Source: Nemertoderma westbladi (taxonomy: Eukaryota > Animalia > Xenacoelomorpha). From it: DNA of 64,000 nt. Below the pieces are notes generated by a model, which saw only the letters and a list, made by a program, of their open reading frames with translations, did no database searches and was not told where the DNA came from. The position numbers and the translations under genes were made by a program. Shown piece by piece: positions 11,427 through 20,626 of this stretch. Numbering within the stretch: position 1 is the first letter of the stretch; every line of letters starts with the position of its first letter. Location: positions 26,556 to 90,555 of the forward strand of contig JAUCBJ010004774.1 in the NCBI GenBank assembly GCA_032718475.1. The letters run 5' to 3'.

Positions 11427-13973
11427 CTATCTGTTCCTCTGGGCATAGTTCCCCCTGGCGTCCTCTTCCCTGGGTCGTTTCTTGGTTACCACCGCTCCTC
11501 TGGGATCCGCTTTCTGCTTTCGGACCTTCGCCGCCACCTCCCTGCTGATTCCGGCTGTTGGCTCCTTGGGCGCTGGTGTTATTAATGCCCGATATCGCTT
11601 CGCCGGTGGCCCCTCAGAGTGGCCCTGTTGTCTCCCTCTGGTGGCGTCCCATAGGATCATCTTCATGGCTTGCGGTACGTGCTCCGCCAAGAAATCCCTA
11701 AACTCCCCTCGGTTCTGTGGCGTCCACCTGTCCAAATATCTTTGTGTATTCATCACTCCGGCATACGACGCCGCTGTTGCTACCTCTTGATAGGTAAAGG
11801 GTAGCCTCCGCTTTATGATTTCCATGTGAGCCTCCTGATTGATAAGGAAGAAACCCCACTTGAACTCCTGGGCCTTCATGCGCTGGCGCGTCATGGCCCC
11901 GACGTCGGCCCACTCCTCGAATCTCCTGAACTTCTCTTCGTCGTCCATCCAGTCGCACTGGCGTCCGTAGTGTCCCCGAAAGTGGCACTTTGGACATCGG
12001 TTATGCAGTCGTGGACACGCCCCCATCCTGTGGCTTGGTTCTCGGCAGTAGAGACAAAAGGTTCCCTTTTGGAACTGGTACAGGCAGCTCCTTTCCTGGT
12101 GGGTCTGTCTCCCACAGTAGTCGCAACCGAGTACCAATGTCTCCCGCCCCATGTCGTCTCTCGTCCCAAGCGATCTCCGCGGTCTGTGGAGTCGCTGGTA
12201 GGCGAATTTCTCCACGTTGGTGTCCCTGTCTACGTCGATCTCTCCGCCCCTCTCGGGCATTGTCTCCCCGAATACTATCCGTGGTGCCGTCCCCGGTTGC
12301 TCGCCCAACCTGATAGTGCTCCCCGCGAAATCCATCGCCGGCTCCTCGTGCACCCAGGTCCGCTTGCCGGATCTGTTCCAGAAGGCCCTCGCCCCACTGG
12401 CCGTCACCACCCTTCCGCCAACCCAGTCCGTGTCCGAGTGGCCTATCCTCTCGATGGGCGGCATCTCTCCGAACTCGTCGTCGTCCTCCTCCTCCTCTGG
12501 CAGTGGCTCCAACCCCGGTATCCCGATGGATCCACTATGTCCCTTCCCGCCTTGGCTCTCGCCCGTAGCTCTCCATCCCTCTAACTCCCTTAACTTCCTT
12601 GGCGGTTGGTCGCCTTCGGCGCCCGCTGGTATGGGCATCGCTTGCAACCCCGACGTCGACTGTTTCGGTGATCCCACTGTCCATCCCAGTTCTCGCCCTA
12701 GAGACTCCCCCGAACTCCCTGACGAAGTCCAATGAAGCTCGTCTAAGCCCGCCTGTTCCTCGAAGCCGTAACTCTGCGTCCTGGCCTCCTCTTCCCTCTC
12801 CTCTGCTTCTATCCTCTCCTGTCTAGCGACTTCTTCCAGTCGCTTTGCTTCTCGTCTATCCGTTTCTAGCTGCTCCCATCTCTGATACGGCGTATCTGTC
12901 TCCCCGTCTACCAGATGCCGGCTGTTGTAGTACACCGACTCGCCCTTCAGCCCCGGGTGGTCTACCAGACCGTCGAAGGCCATTTTAAAGGCTCTCCTGT
13001 AGCTTAGGGGTGATCCCGATAACAGAAATGCCCCTGGTTCCCTCTCGATAACCACGGTCATAAATAAGTTAAGCAAACTTATCATCATCCAATCTTCCTG
13101 CAGGATATATCGCTTCTGATATACCTTTATCGCTCCTCTGCGGAATTGATATACCTCTTGCTTTCCCGGTCTCGCTCCCCACTTTATCGAGTTCGCTAGT
13201 TCTGCTCCGTATTCTTCCCTGAACTTCCCCCAGTCCATCGGTTTGTGGCACACGAGCCCCAATAGTTGGCCCATTGCCACCGCCCCGCATTGGCCTGTGT
13301 TTTCGACTACCCCCAACCCATCCGGTGCCGTCATAGCCATAAAGACCTTCTGCATATCCAGGAGGTTGGTGGCGTCCGGACCGATGATTCTCTCCGCATC
13401 CTCACGAATCGCCGATCCCACTTTCGTCGTCGACTTCTCTCTTACCAAGACTTGTACCGCTTTCGGTAACTGGTTTAATTTCGGCCCGTCCATCTTCCCA
13501 TACGTTCCTAGATCGAATAAGAAGATGTCCCCATTTGGCGCGGCCAAATGTAGGAGTATGGTCCTGGCCGACCCCGCCGTTCCTCGTCTCGAACCCGCCT
13601 CGTCTTCCACGGTTCCCTCGTCGTCTAGGATCATATATCCTCCTCTGTTGACGGACTCTATGAATCTCTTCCAGTCCTTCCTCGGTGATTCCCTCGGGTA
13701 CTTCGGAATCCCGAATTTCGCCTCGTCCCCTTTCACCACGTAGTGGAAGTGTTGGAAATTCGCGTTGTCCAGCGACGGCGTCCCGTAGGTCCCGACCAGC
13801 CGCTGTTCGTGCATCTCCCGGAAGTGATCCTGCAGCGCTCGTGCCGCGTGACCCCTTTCCAACCTCTCGTAGTATCCTCTCGTCTTCTCTTCCGGATGCC
13901 TCTCGGTGAAATCCACCAGTATCTCCTTTCCTCCTGATTCCGCCTTTCTCTTTCTGATCAACTTGCTCGCCAT
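11427..13973 (-). CDS. Element 1 ORF3: putative DEDDy 3'-5' exonuclease plus three CCHC zinc knuckles
   Basis: First ATG at 13973. ExoI-like ILDDEG, LLHLAAPNGDIFLFDL, LPKAVQVLV..KVGSAIREDAERI (ExoII), QKRYILQED (ExoIII). Knuckles CDYCGRQTHQERSC, CLYCREPSHRMGAC, CPKCHFRGHYGRQC. Confidence 0.75.
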   Translation of the reverse strand: MASKLIRKRKAESGGKEILVDFTERHPEEKTRGYYERLERGHAARALQDHFREMHEQRLVGTYGTPSLDNANFQHFHYVVKGDEAKFGIPKYPRESPRKDWKRFIESVNRGGYMILDDEGTVEDEAGSRRGTAGSARTILLHLAAPNGDIFLFDLGTYGKMDGPKLNQLPKAVQVLVREKSTTKVGSAIREDAERIIGPDATNLLDMQKVFMAMTAPDGLGVVENTGQCGAVAMGQLLGLVCHKPMDWGKFREEYGAELANSIKWGARPGKQEVYQFRRGAIKVYQKRYILQEDWMMISLLNLFMTVVIEREPGAFLLSGSPLSYRRAFKMAFDGLVDHPGLKGESVYYNSRHLVDGETDTPYQRWEQLETDRREAKRLEEVARQERIEAEEREEEARTQSYGFEEQAGLDELHWTSSGSSGESLGRELGWTVGSPKQSTSGLQAMPIPAGAEGDQPPRKLRELEGWRATGESQGGKGHSGSIGIPGLEPLPEEEEDDDEFGEMPPIERIGHSDTDWVGGRVVTASGARAFWNRSGKRTWVHEEPAMDFAGSTIRLGEQPGTAPRIVFGETMPERGGEIDVDRDTNVEKFAYQRLHRPRRSLGTRDDMGRETLVLGCDYCGRQTHQERSCLYQFQKGTFCLYCREPSHRMGACPRLHNRCPKCHFRGHYGRQCDWMDDEEKFRRFEEWADVGAMTRQRMKAQEFKWGFFLINQEAHMEIIKRRLPFTYQEVATAASYAGVMNTQRYLDRWTPQNRGEFRDFLAEHVPQAMKMILWDATRGRQQGHSEGPPAKRYRALITPAPKEPTAGISREVAAKVRKQKADPRGAVVTKKRPREEDARGNYAQRNR

Positions 13974-14442
13974 TCCGAACACTCACTCGCTCACCTGCAA
14001 GGTGGTGCCTTACCAAGGCGCAATACAGATGAGTGATGTATCTAGGATGTTCTGTACCGTCCGATAATGGCCTATTTCTTACTTAACTGCGCCTTTTAAC
14101 CTAAATTATTACTAATTAATTTTGAAGCTAGTAAATGAGCGTAATTTACAATTTCTGTCCGTTACTTTTATTATGTTCTAGAATAACTTTCCTTGTGTTG
14201 CCATTATTTGTAACTTTCAGCCCTTTTCTTATTTATTTTTAATTTAATTTTAATTCCACTGTCCTACTACTTACTATTGCCTATGGATTGTTCTATTCTC
14301 TAATCCACATTTTGGCCTACACTGTGGGCCTGTGCAGTACAGCAGTATGCGTCGTGTGGCCACACGATTTACCCAGCTGTACTCATATGCCCCCCTCTCG
14401 CTACTAACTGCTAACTATATCTATATCTTATATACCCTTTTA

Positions 14443-15100
14443 CCTCTAACTCTAACTCTTCTCTAACTAACGGTACTACGTACCCTCTAACTCTCTAATT
14501 AACGGTACTACATACCCTCTAACTCTTCTCTAACTAACGGTACTACGTACCCTCTAACTCTCTAACTAACGGTACCATGTACCCTCTAACTCTTCTCTAA
14601 CTAACGGTACTGCGTACCCTCTAACTCTCTAACTAACGGTACTACTTACCCTCTAACTCTTCTCTAACTAACGGTACTACGTACCCTCTAACTCTCTAAC
14701 TGACGGTACTACGTACCCTCTAACTCTCTACTTAACTAGCGGTACTACGTACCCTCTAACTCTCTAACTAACGGTACTACGTACCCTCTAACTCTCTACT
14801 TAACTAGCGGCACAACGTACCCTCTAACTCTTCTCTAACTAACGGTACTGCATACCCTCTAACTCTCTAACTAACGGTACTACGTACCCTCTAACACTTC
14901 TCTAACTAACGGTACTACGTACCCTCTAACTCCTCTCTAACTAACGGTACTACGTACCTCCTAACTAACTAACTAACTCTAGGTACTACGTACCTCCTAA
15001 CTAACTGACTCTAGGTACTACGTACCTTCTTACTGACTAACTAACTCTAGGTACTACGTACCTTCTTACTGACTAACTTTTGCCTACTAACTGCGTACCT
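14443..15100. repeat. Internal tandem array (32-36 bp, about 18 units) between pol and ORF3 of element 1
   Basis: Unit CTCTAACTAACGGTACTACGTACCCTCTAACT(CTT). Confidence 0.95.
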
Positions 15101-15145
15101 ACTATGTACTATTATTTTATTTTTATTTTCTGTTTTTATCTATTT

Positions 15146-18100
15146 TTATGTGTGGGAAGGGCGTCTCGCCCTCAATCCCACCCCCCTCAGTCCAAAGCTT
15201 GGACGACTAAACTCATGACAGACTCCACTAAGGTGCCCCTTCAGCAGACAGCATTTTCCCACAGCTCTCCTGTAGGTTTTTCTGTCCTTCGCACCTATCT
15301 TACCACCTATCCGCACTTCTACCGACCGGACTCTTCCGTCCTCGTCGGAGTAAGTTCCTACAACTCTTGCCAACCGCCACTGGTTGTTGATGATAGTATC
15401 ATCCGTAACGATTACGAGATCTCCCTCTCTTAACTCCCTATTTGGCTTCCTCCACTTACTCCTTTTATGGAGTATGGGTAGGTATTCCTCGACCCACCTC
15501 CTCCAATACTCTGCGCTTATTGCTTTAGCGACTTTCCAACTTTGGCGGGAGTGTATGTCATCTGGGTCTACACCCCGCATATCGATGGTCGCTGGCCTTT
15601 CCATCAGGAAATGGCTAGGCGTCAGCACGTCTAATGACTCAGGGTCATCATTCTCCGGGTATAGCGGTCTGCTATTAATGATCCCCTCGCACTTCGCAAG
15701 CACTGTCCGTAAGACGTCCTCAGTGACCATGTGGGTGTTCATTAGCTTCGTCATTAGACGCTTAGAACTGCCCACCAGTCTCTCGACGCATCCTAGTGTA
15801 TGTGGTGCATACGGCGTCCTTCTCTCCCACTTTACTTGTCGTCGTCTCATGGCTGCCCTGACTTCTTCTCCTTCCAAGATGTCCAAGGCGTCTGCCATCT
15901 CATTCTCTGCGCCCACAAAGTTGGTGCCGTTGTCGCTGTATATCACTGCGATCGTCCCACCTTTGCGGTCCCTAAACCTTTCTAAGGCATTAATGAATGC
16001 TGATGTGGTTGCATCTTGGGCGAGTTCTATCCCTACCGCCCGCGTGTTGTTACATACGAAGATGATACCGTAGCGTTTCTCCGTGTGCCGCATCACCTTT
16101 ATCTTTATCGGCCCGAACATGTCCACACCGCAATGCGTAAATGGCGGGTCGTGCTGTCTTACTCTATTCGCTGGTAGTGGCGCCATCTCTTGTATGGCTC
16201 GCTCCTTCTTCGCTCGTCGGCAGGTCTGGCACTGCCCCACCGCCGCTTTTACCTTCTTCCTCAACTGTTTGACCCAAAAGGTCCTCCTTATCTCCGTGAG
16301 GGTTCGGTTGGTGCCCCCGTGCAATATTGACTTATGGGAGTCCCAGATAATCTGGTGGACTATTGGCGATCCTGTGGGAATGATGATGGGTTTCGGTGGT
16401 ATGACTATGCTGTTGTTGTATCCCACCCTAGAATTCATTACTAGAATCCCGTCGTCATTAAGTTGTGGCGACAGCGTGATCAGCTCGCTGTCCCGTCGAA
16501 GGTGCTGTTGGTTACCGACGCATTCCACCTCGTCGCCATAGTTCTTCCGTTGTTCATAGCGGATGACTGCCTTGGCCGCTCCTTCCAGATCTATGGTTGT
16601 CCTGATCTTCTTGTCCTTGCCAACTCCCGCGAGGAAATTCCCGAAGGCTCTCCAGTATGCCACTAGTTTCTTGGTCTTATACCAACTAGAACTGTAGCTG
16701 AGGAGTTTATCCGTCGGGTTATCGCACAGTTCTCGTTTTGGTTGCACATCCCTAATCTCCCTCACCATCTGGGAGTATATCTCTTCTCCCTCTGAATCTC
16801 CTTCTTCTCCCTCTGACACTACTTCTGAGCCCGGGTCCACCTTTCTCATCGGCGGCCAGGCCTCCTTATCGCTCAGAAATTGTGGCCCATGTTGCCACAA
16901 TACTTCCTTCTTCAAGAAAGTGTGGCGTACTACGCCCCTCGACAACAAGTCCGCTGGGTTCTCGTCCGTTGGGCAGTAGTGCCACCTTTCCAGTTCTGTG
17001 CTCGCCCTTATTTCGTCCACTCTATTTGCGACGAATATTGGGTATCTCGTCCTTTCGTTATGTAGCCAACCAAGCACTACCATGGAATCCGTCCAGTAGT
17101 GTGTCTCCACTATGTTGGGAATAGTATCCACTAGGTAGGCTGTGGCTCTAACTCCTAGTCTCGCAGCTGTCAATTCTAATTTGGGAACTGATGCTGAATC
17201 TGGCGGCGTTGACTTTGCTTTGCTAAAGGCTAGTCTGGGCTTATGAGCCCCCTCTCGTTGTACTAAGTAGAGTGCCGCTCCGTACGCCTCCAACGACGCA
17301 TCGGAGAACATGTGTAGGTCCAGGTTCGTCATGTTCCCATCCGGGAAATACACTCGTGGCATGTTGTATGTTCCCATCTTCTCCAAGTCTCCTGTCCATT
17401 TACTCCATTGTTTCTTGATTTCCTCTGGTACCTCTACGTCCCACTCATCCTTCAATTTGTATACTCTCTTGAGTATCTGTTTCCCCATAACTAATAATGG
17501 GGATGCTAGGCCTAGGGGATCGTATATCCTTGCTATATACGATACATAGCCCCTCTTCGTGTGGATGTCTGCGCCCTCCTGGCTCAGCTGATACTTCAGT
17601 TCGTCTGTCTCTCTGTTCCACACGATTCCCAATGCCTTCTGTTGAGATACTGTTCTTTTAATCGCCATGTCCTGCCCTTTGGCTGTTGTGGGATTATCCA
17701 TGGTCGATTCTGGCCTCTTGTCCTCTATCGCCTTGATAAATTCTTCCGAACTGGATTGGAATTTGGTCAGGTTAAAGCCGGATCCTTTCAGGATGTCGCG
17801 AACCTCGCGCCCCGTGTCCAGTATCTCCTTAACCGTATTTCCAGACTCCATTCCGTCGTCTACGTAGAAGCCACGTCGAATCATATCGACGGCCCTAGTG
17901 CTGTATCTATCTTCCTTCCCCTTCACTGTGTCTCTGACTGCCATAGTCGTCGTAAATGAAGACGACTTGGCTCCCATGTTTTGAACTACCATCTTATATG
18001 CTGGCATTATCGACGGTTCTTCCTCGCCGTTATACCATAAGAAGCGCTGACTGTCGCTATCTTCCTCCGTTACACGGACTTGGTTGAACATGCCTTCTAT

Positions 18101-20626
18101 GTCACACGTGAAGGCGTGTTTCCCATTCCTAAATCTAAGTAGGACCTCTATGCCCGAATTGTATATGTCTGGGCCTTCTAACAGGTAGTCGTTTAAGCAT
18201 TTTCCGTCAGTCTTTGCCGATGCGTCGACTACCATCCGTAGTTTACCTTTCTTTGGGTCTAAAGCCACGTGGAGTGGCAGGTAATATGTCCTGTCCGTGT
18301 TCGGCTCGTCGACCGGTAACTCCACGGCCCATCCTTTCTCGACGTACTTCTTAATCGTTCTGTGGATGTACTCGTTCTTCTCGGGGCTCCGTTTTAGTGT
18401 TTGTTTCAGCTTGCGGAGTCTCGTGAGTACCATCCCTCTATTATCGGGCAGTGGTATCTTCGGTAGTTTCCATACCATTCCTATAGTATACCGCCCCTCA
18501 CTGCATGTCATCGATTCCTCCACGCTTTGTAAAGCCTGCTTGTCTTCTACCGAGGTCCCGACCCCGGTCTCTTTTAGTCCCTCGAAATCTTGCCTGAGCA
18601 GTCTTTTGAGCTGCTCCTCTGCTCCCTCATCACCCATTTCCTGCATTGTTCCCGCGAACATGCATCCTGATGTCTCCGACATCCTAAATGGTATCTTACT
18701 CTTGATTGGGCCACTCAGCGTCCACCCGAATGGTGTTAATATCGCCACCGGGTCACACTGCTTGTCTTCGCCGAAGACCGTTTGCATTCTTTCGTTGGCC
18801 ATTGGGCAATCCATTCCTACTATGATGGATACCTTCCTAACGTCCACGTCTGGGATTGAGAAGTCAATGTCGTCCAGGAATTTATATTGCTCGACCTCGA
18901 TGTTGGTTGGCCGCCTGGCATTGATATTAATTGACTCTATCACTTGGATGGGGTCGATGGTTGCCCCATAGTCGCATCCCGGTGCCACTGCTGCAATTGC
19001 GCACCGTCCTGTTCTCATCTCCAGGATCTCATCTTTGCTAGAGATGGTTGTCACCACCATTCTGCTTGGCCTCGTTCTCAATCCTATCTCTTCGGCCACC
19101 CATTCCTCGACTAATGTGAAGGCAGCTCCACTATCAACCAGCATTAGTGTTGTTACTGATCGATTGCCTTCCCCAATCACTCGCACGGGTACTACTCCAA
19201 GTAACACCGTTCCTCTCTTCTTCGCCCCTACTGTGCTCATCGCCATCATCTGGCCTCTCCTCTGACCAAACTTTACCGGCTTCTCCTTGCACTCCCTTGC
19301 TCTATGTCCACTCATTACACATCGCGAGCAGATTTTGTTGCTCAACGCATAATCTATCTGATCCTGCCTAGGTAGCGCCTGCCAGTACCTGCAGTTCATG
19401 GTTTGATGAAGCGCATTTGCGTGTAGCTGGCATTTGCTCTTTGGGTCGTAGCCCTCTTTATACAGTGCATTGCGTATCGCAGCTGCGTTTGTACCAAAGT
19501 CCCTACTATTCTTATTGTTTGAATTCGGCCTACTGGACGTACTGGGGTTATATTTATTCGTGTTGTTATTGTTCCCCTGTCCATTCCATGGTGTTGTCTT
19601 ATCTTTGGCTAGCTGTGGACTTGCAGTCCCCTGCGTCGCTGCATATGGCAATGATTGCCTGAGTCTCGGTAATGCGTTTGATGTATTGCGCTCTGGTTTC
19701 GGTCTATGGTAATCCGTCTTCGGTCCCTTTCCCAGGCTATCTTCGCTATAGACTGGGTCAGTTATTAGTTCAGCCTCGTAGTTTAAGAAGCTTGACATTT
19801 CTTCTAAACCCGGTTCCACACCCTTCTTGTCTCGAGTGGAGAAGGCGATCTTCCTCCACTCGTTGCGCAGCCAATTTGGTAGTGCCTGTGCTATCGTGGT
19901 GATGTTATTGGACGCGTTGAGCTCGTATGGCGCGTCTATCGTCTTCAGCACGATTAGCGCCTTTTCGACTTTGTTAGCGAACGTCTTAATGCTAACGGGA
20001 TTATCCTGTAGGCCACCCGATGTTATGCCTCTCAGTGTCTGTCTGATGATCTTGGCCGGGTGCCCGTATTCCCTATCCAGTGCCCGCCATGCTGTCGTGA
20101 AGCCGCCCTCTATTCCTTGATATTGCCTCACGATGTCGTATGCTGGGCCTCCCGTGTATACTTGCAGATACTTTAGGCACTCCGCCTGCGTCAAGTTTTT
20201 TGTAAGTATTTCGTTACTATACATGCGCCGAAACTGTAGATATTCTTCCGGCCTACTCCCATCGAATTTGAATGGTTCCACGGGTGGTAACTCGATCCTC
20301 GTTTTCAACGCATCGATCAACGTGGCCATCCCCATCGCCTGCACTTCCAATGGGTTCGATGGATGCTGTATAGTTTCTCCTGTCTGGTGCGGTTCGTCCG
20401 TCCTATTTCTTGATCTTCTTTGACTTGGGTATGTCATTGGGGGTAGCGGCCCCCTCCATATCTCTGTGTCACACGACCTATTTTCATCCAAGGGTCTCGT
20501 TGTTCTCGCTCCTATCGGGGTATATTGTTGATATTGTGATGGGGGAATGTCACCCTGCCCCCCCCCCCCCCCCCCACCGGTATGTTTGGTACTGGGGTTG
20601 ATGTTAATATGTTGGGGCCCATACAC
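15146..20626 (-). CDS. Element 1 Gag-Pol (capsid-like, CCHC, protease, RT, RNase H, integrase)
   Basis: KFDG..YLQF, CSRCVMSGHRAREC, LVDSGA, DIEGMFNQV, FYVDD, FSDAS, WTDS, H-x4-H..CQTC, VDMFGP, SDNGTNF, ERL, all in an open frame. Confidence 0.95.
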   Translation of the reverse strand: MYGPQHININPSTKHTGGGGGGGQGDIPPSQYQQYTPIGARTTRPLDENRSCDTEIWRGPLPPMTYPSQRRSRNRTDEPHQTGETIQHPSNPLEVQAMGMATLIDALKTRIELPPVEPFKFDGSRPEEYLQFRRMYSNEILTKNLTQAECLKYLQVYTGGPAYDIVRQYQGIEGGFTTAWRALDREYGHPAKIIRQTLRGITSGGLQDNPVSIKTFANKVEKALIVLKTIDAPYELNASNNITTIAQALPNWLRNEWRKIAFSTRDKKGVEPGLEEMSSFLNYEAELITDPVYSEDSLGKGPKTDYHRPKPERNTSNALPRLRQSLPYAATQGTASPQLAKDKTTPWNGQGNNNNTNKYNPSTSSRPNSNNKNSRDFGTNAAAIRNALYKEGYDPKSKCQLHANALHQTMNCRYWQALPRQDQIDYALSNKICSRCVMSGHRARECKEKPVKFGQRRGQMMAMSTVGAKKRGTVLLGVVPVRVIGEGNRSVTTLMLVDSGAAFTLVEEWVAEEIGLRTRPSRMVVTTISSKDEILEMRTGRCAIAAVAPGCDYGATIDPIQVIESININARRPTNIEVEQYKFLDDIDFSIPDVDVRKVSIIVGMDCPMANERMQTVFGEDKQCDPVAILTPFGWTLSGPIKSKIPFRMSETSGCMFAGTMQEMGDEGAEEQLKRLLRQDFEGLKETGVGTSVEDKQALQSVEESMTCSEGRYTIGMVWKLPKIPLPDNRGMVLTRLRKLKQTLKRSPEKNEYIHRTIKKYVEKGWAVELPVDEPNTDRTYYLPLHVALDPKKGKLRMVVDASAKTDGKCLNDYLLEGPDIYNSGIEVLLRFRNGKHAFTCDIEGMFNQVRVTEEDSDSQRFLWYNGEEEPSIMPAYKMVVQNMGAKSSSFTTTMAVRDTVKGKEDRYSTRAVDMIRRGFYVDDGMESGNTVKEILDTGREVRDILKGSGFNLTKFQSSSEEFIKAIEDKRPESTMDNPTTAKGQDMAIKRTVSQQKALGIVWNRETDELKYQLSQEGADIHTKRGYVSYIARIYDPLGLASPLLVMGKQILKRVYKLKDEWDVEVPEEIKKQWSKWTGDLEKMGTYNMPRVYFPDGNMTNLDLHMFSDASLEAYGAALYLVQREGAHKPRLAFSKAKSTPPDSASVPKLELTAARLGVRATAYLVDTIPNIVETHYWTDSMVVLGWLHNERTRYPIFVANRVDEIRASTELERWHYCPTDENPADLLSRGVVRHTFLKKEVLWQHGPQFLSDKEAWPPMRKVDPGSEVVSEGEEGDSEGEEIYSQMVREIRDVQPKRELCDNPTDKLLSYSSSWYKTKKLVAYWRAFGNFLAGVGKDKKIRTTIDLEGAAKAVIRYEQRKNYGDEVECVGNQQHLRRDSELITLSPQLNDDGILVMNSRVGYNNSIVIPPKPIIIPTGSPIVHQIIWDSHKSILHGGTNRTLTEIRRTFWVKQLRKKVKAAVGQCQTCRRAKKERAIQEMAPLPANRVRQHDPPFTHCGVDMFGPIKIKVMRHTEKRYGIIFVCNNTRAVGIELAQDATTSAFINALERFRDRKGGTIAVIYSDNGTNFVGAENEMADALDILEGEEVRAAMRRRQVKWERRTPYAPHTLGCVERLVGSSKRLMTKLMNTHMVTEDVLRTVLAKCEGIINSRPLYPENDDPESLDVLTPSHFLMERPATIDMRGVDPDDIHSRQSWKVAKAISAEYWRRWVEEYLPILHKRSKWRKPNRELREGDLVIVTDDTIINNQWRLARVVGTYSDEDGRVRSVEVRIGGKIGAKDRKTYRRAVGKCCLLKGHLSGVCHEFSRPSFGLRGVGLRARRPSHT

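Noticed and set aside
11482-13937. Multiple plus-strand and alternative-frame ORFs over ORF3 (likewise over gag-pol)
   Set aside because: Shadow ORFs of GC-rich coding sequence, with no motifs.
11427-13973. env gene
   Set aside because: No signal peptide, transmembrane helix or Cys-rich fusion ectodomain; the motifs fit an exonuclease plus CCHC knuckles.
14443-15100. CRISPR-like palindromic repeats next to a nuclease ORF
   Set aside because: No variable spacers; it is a head-to-tail minisatellite.
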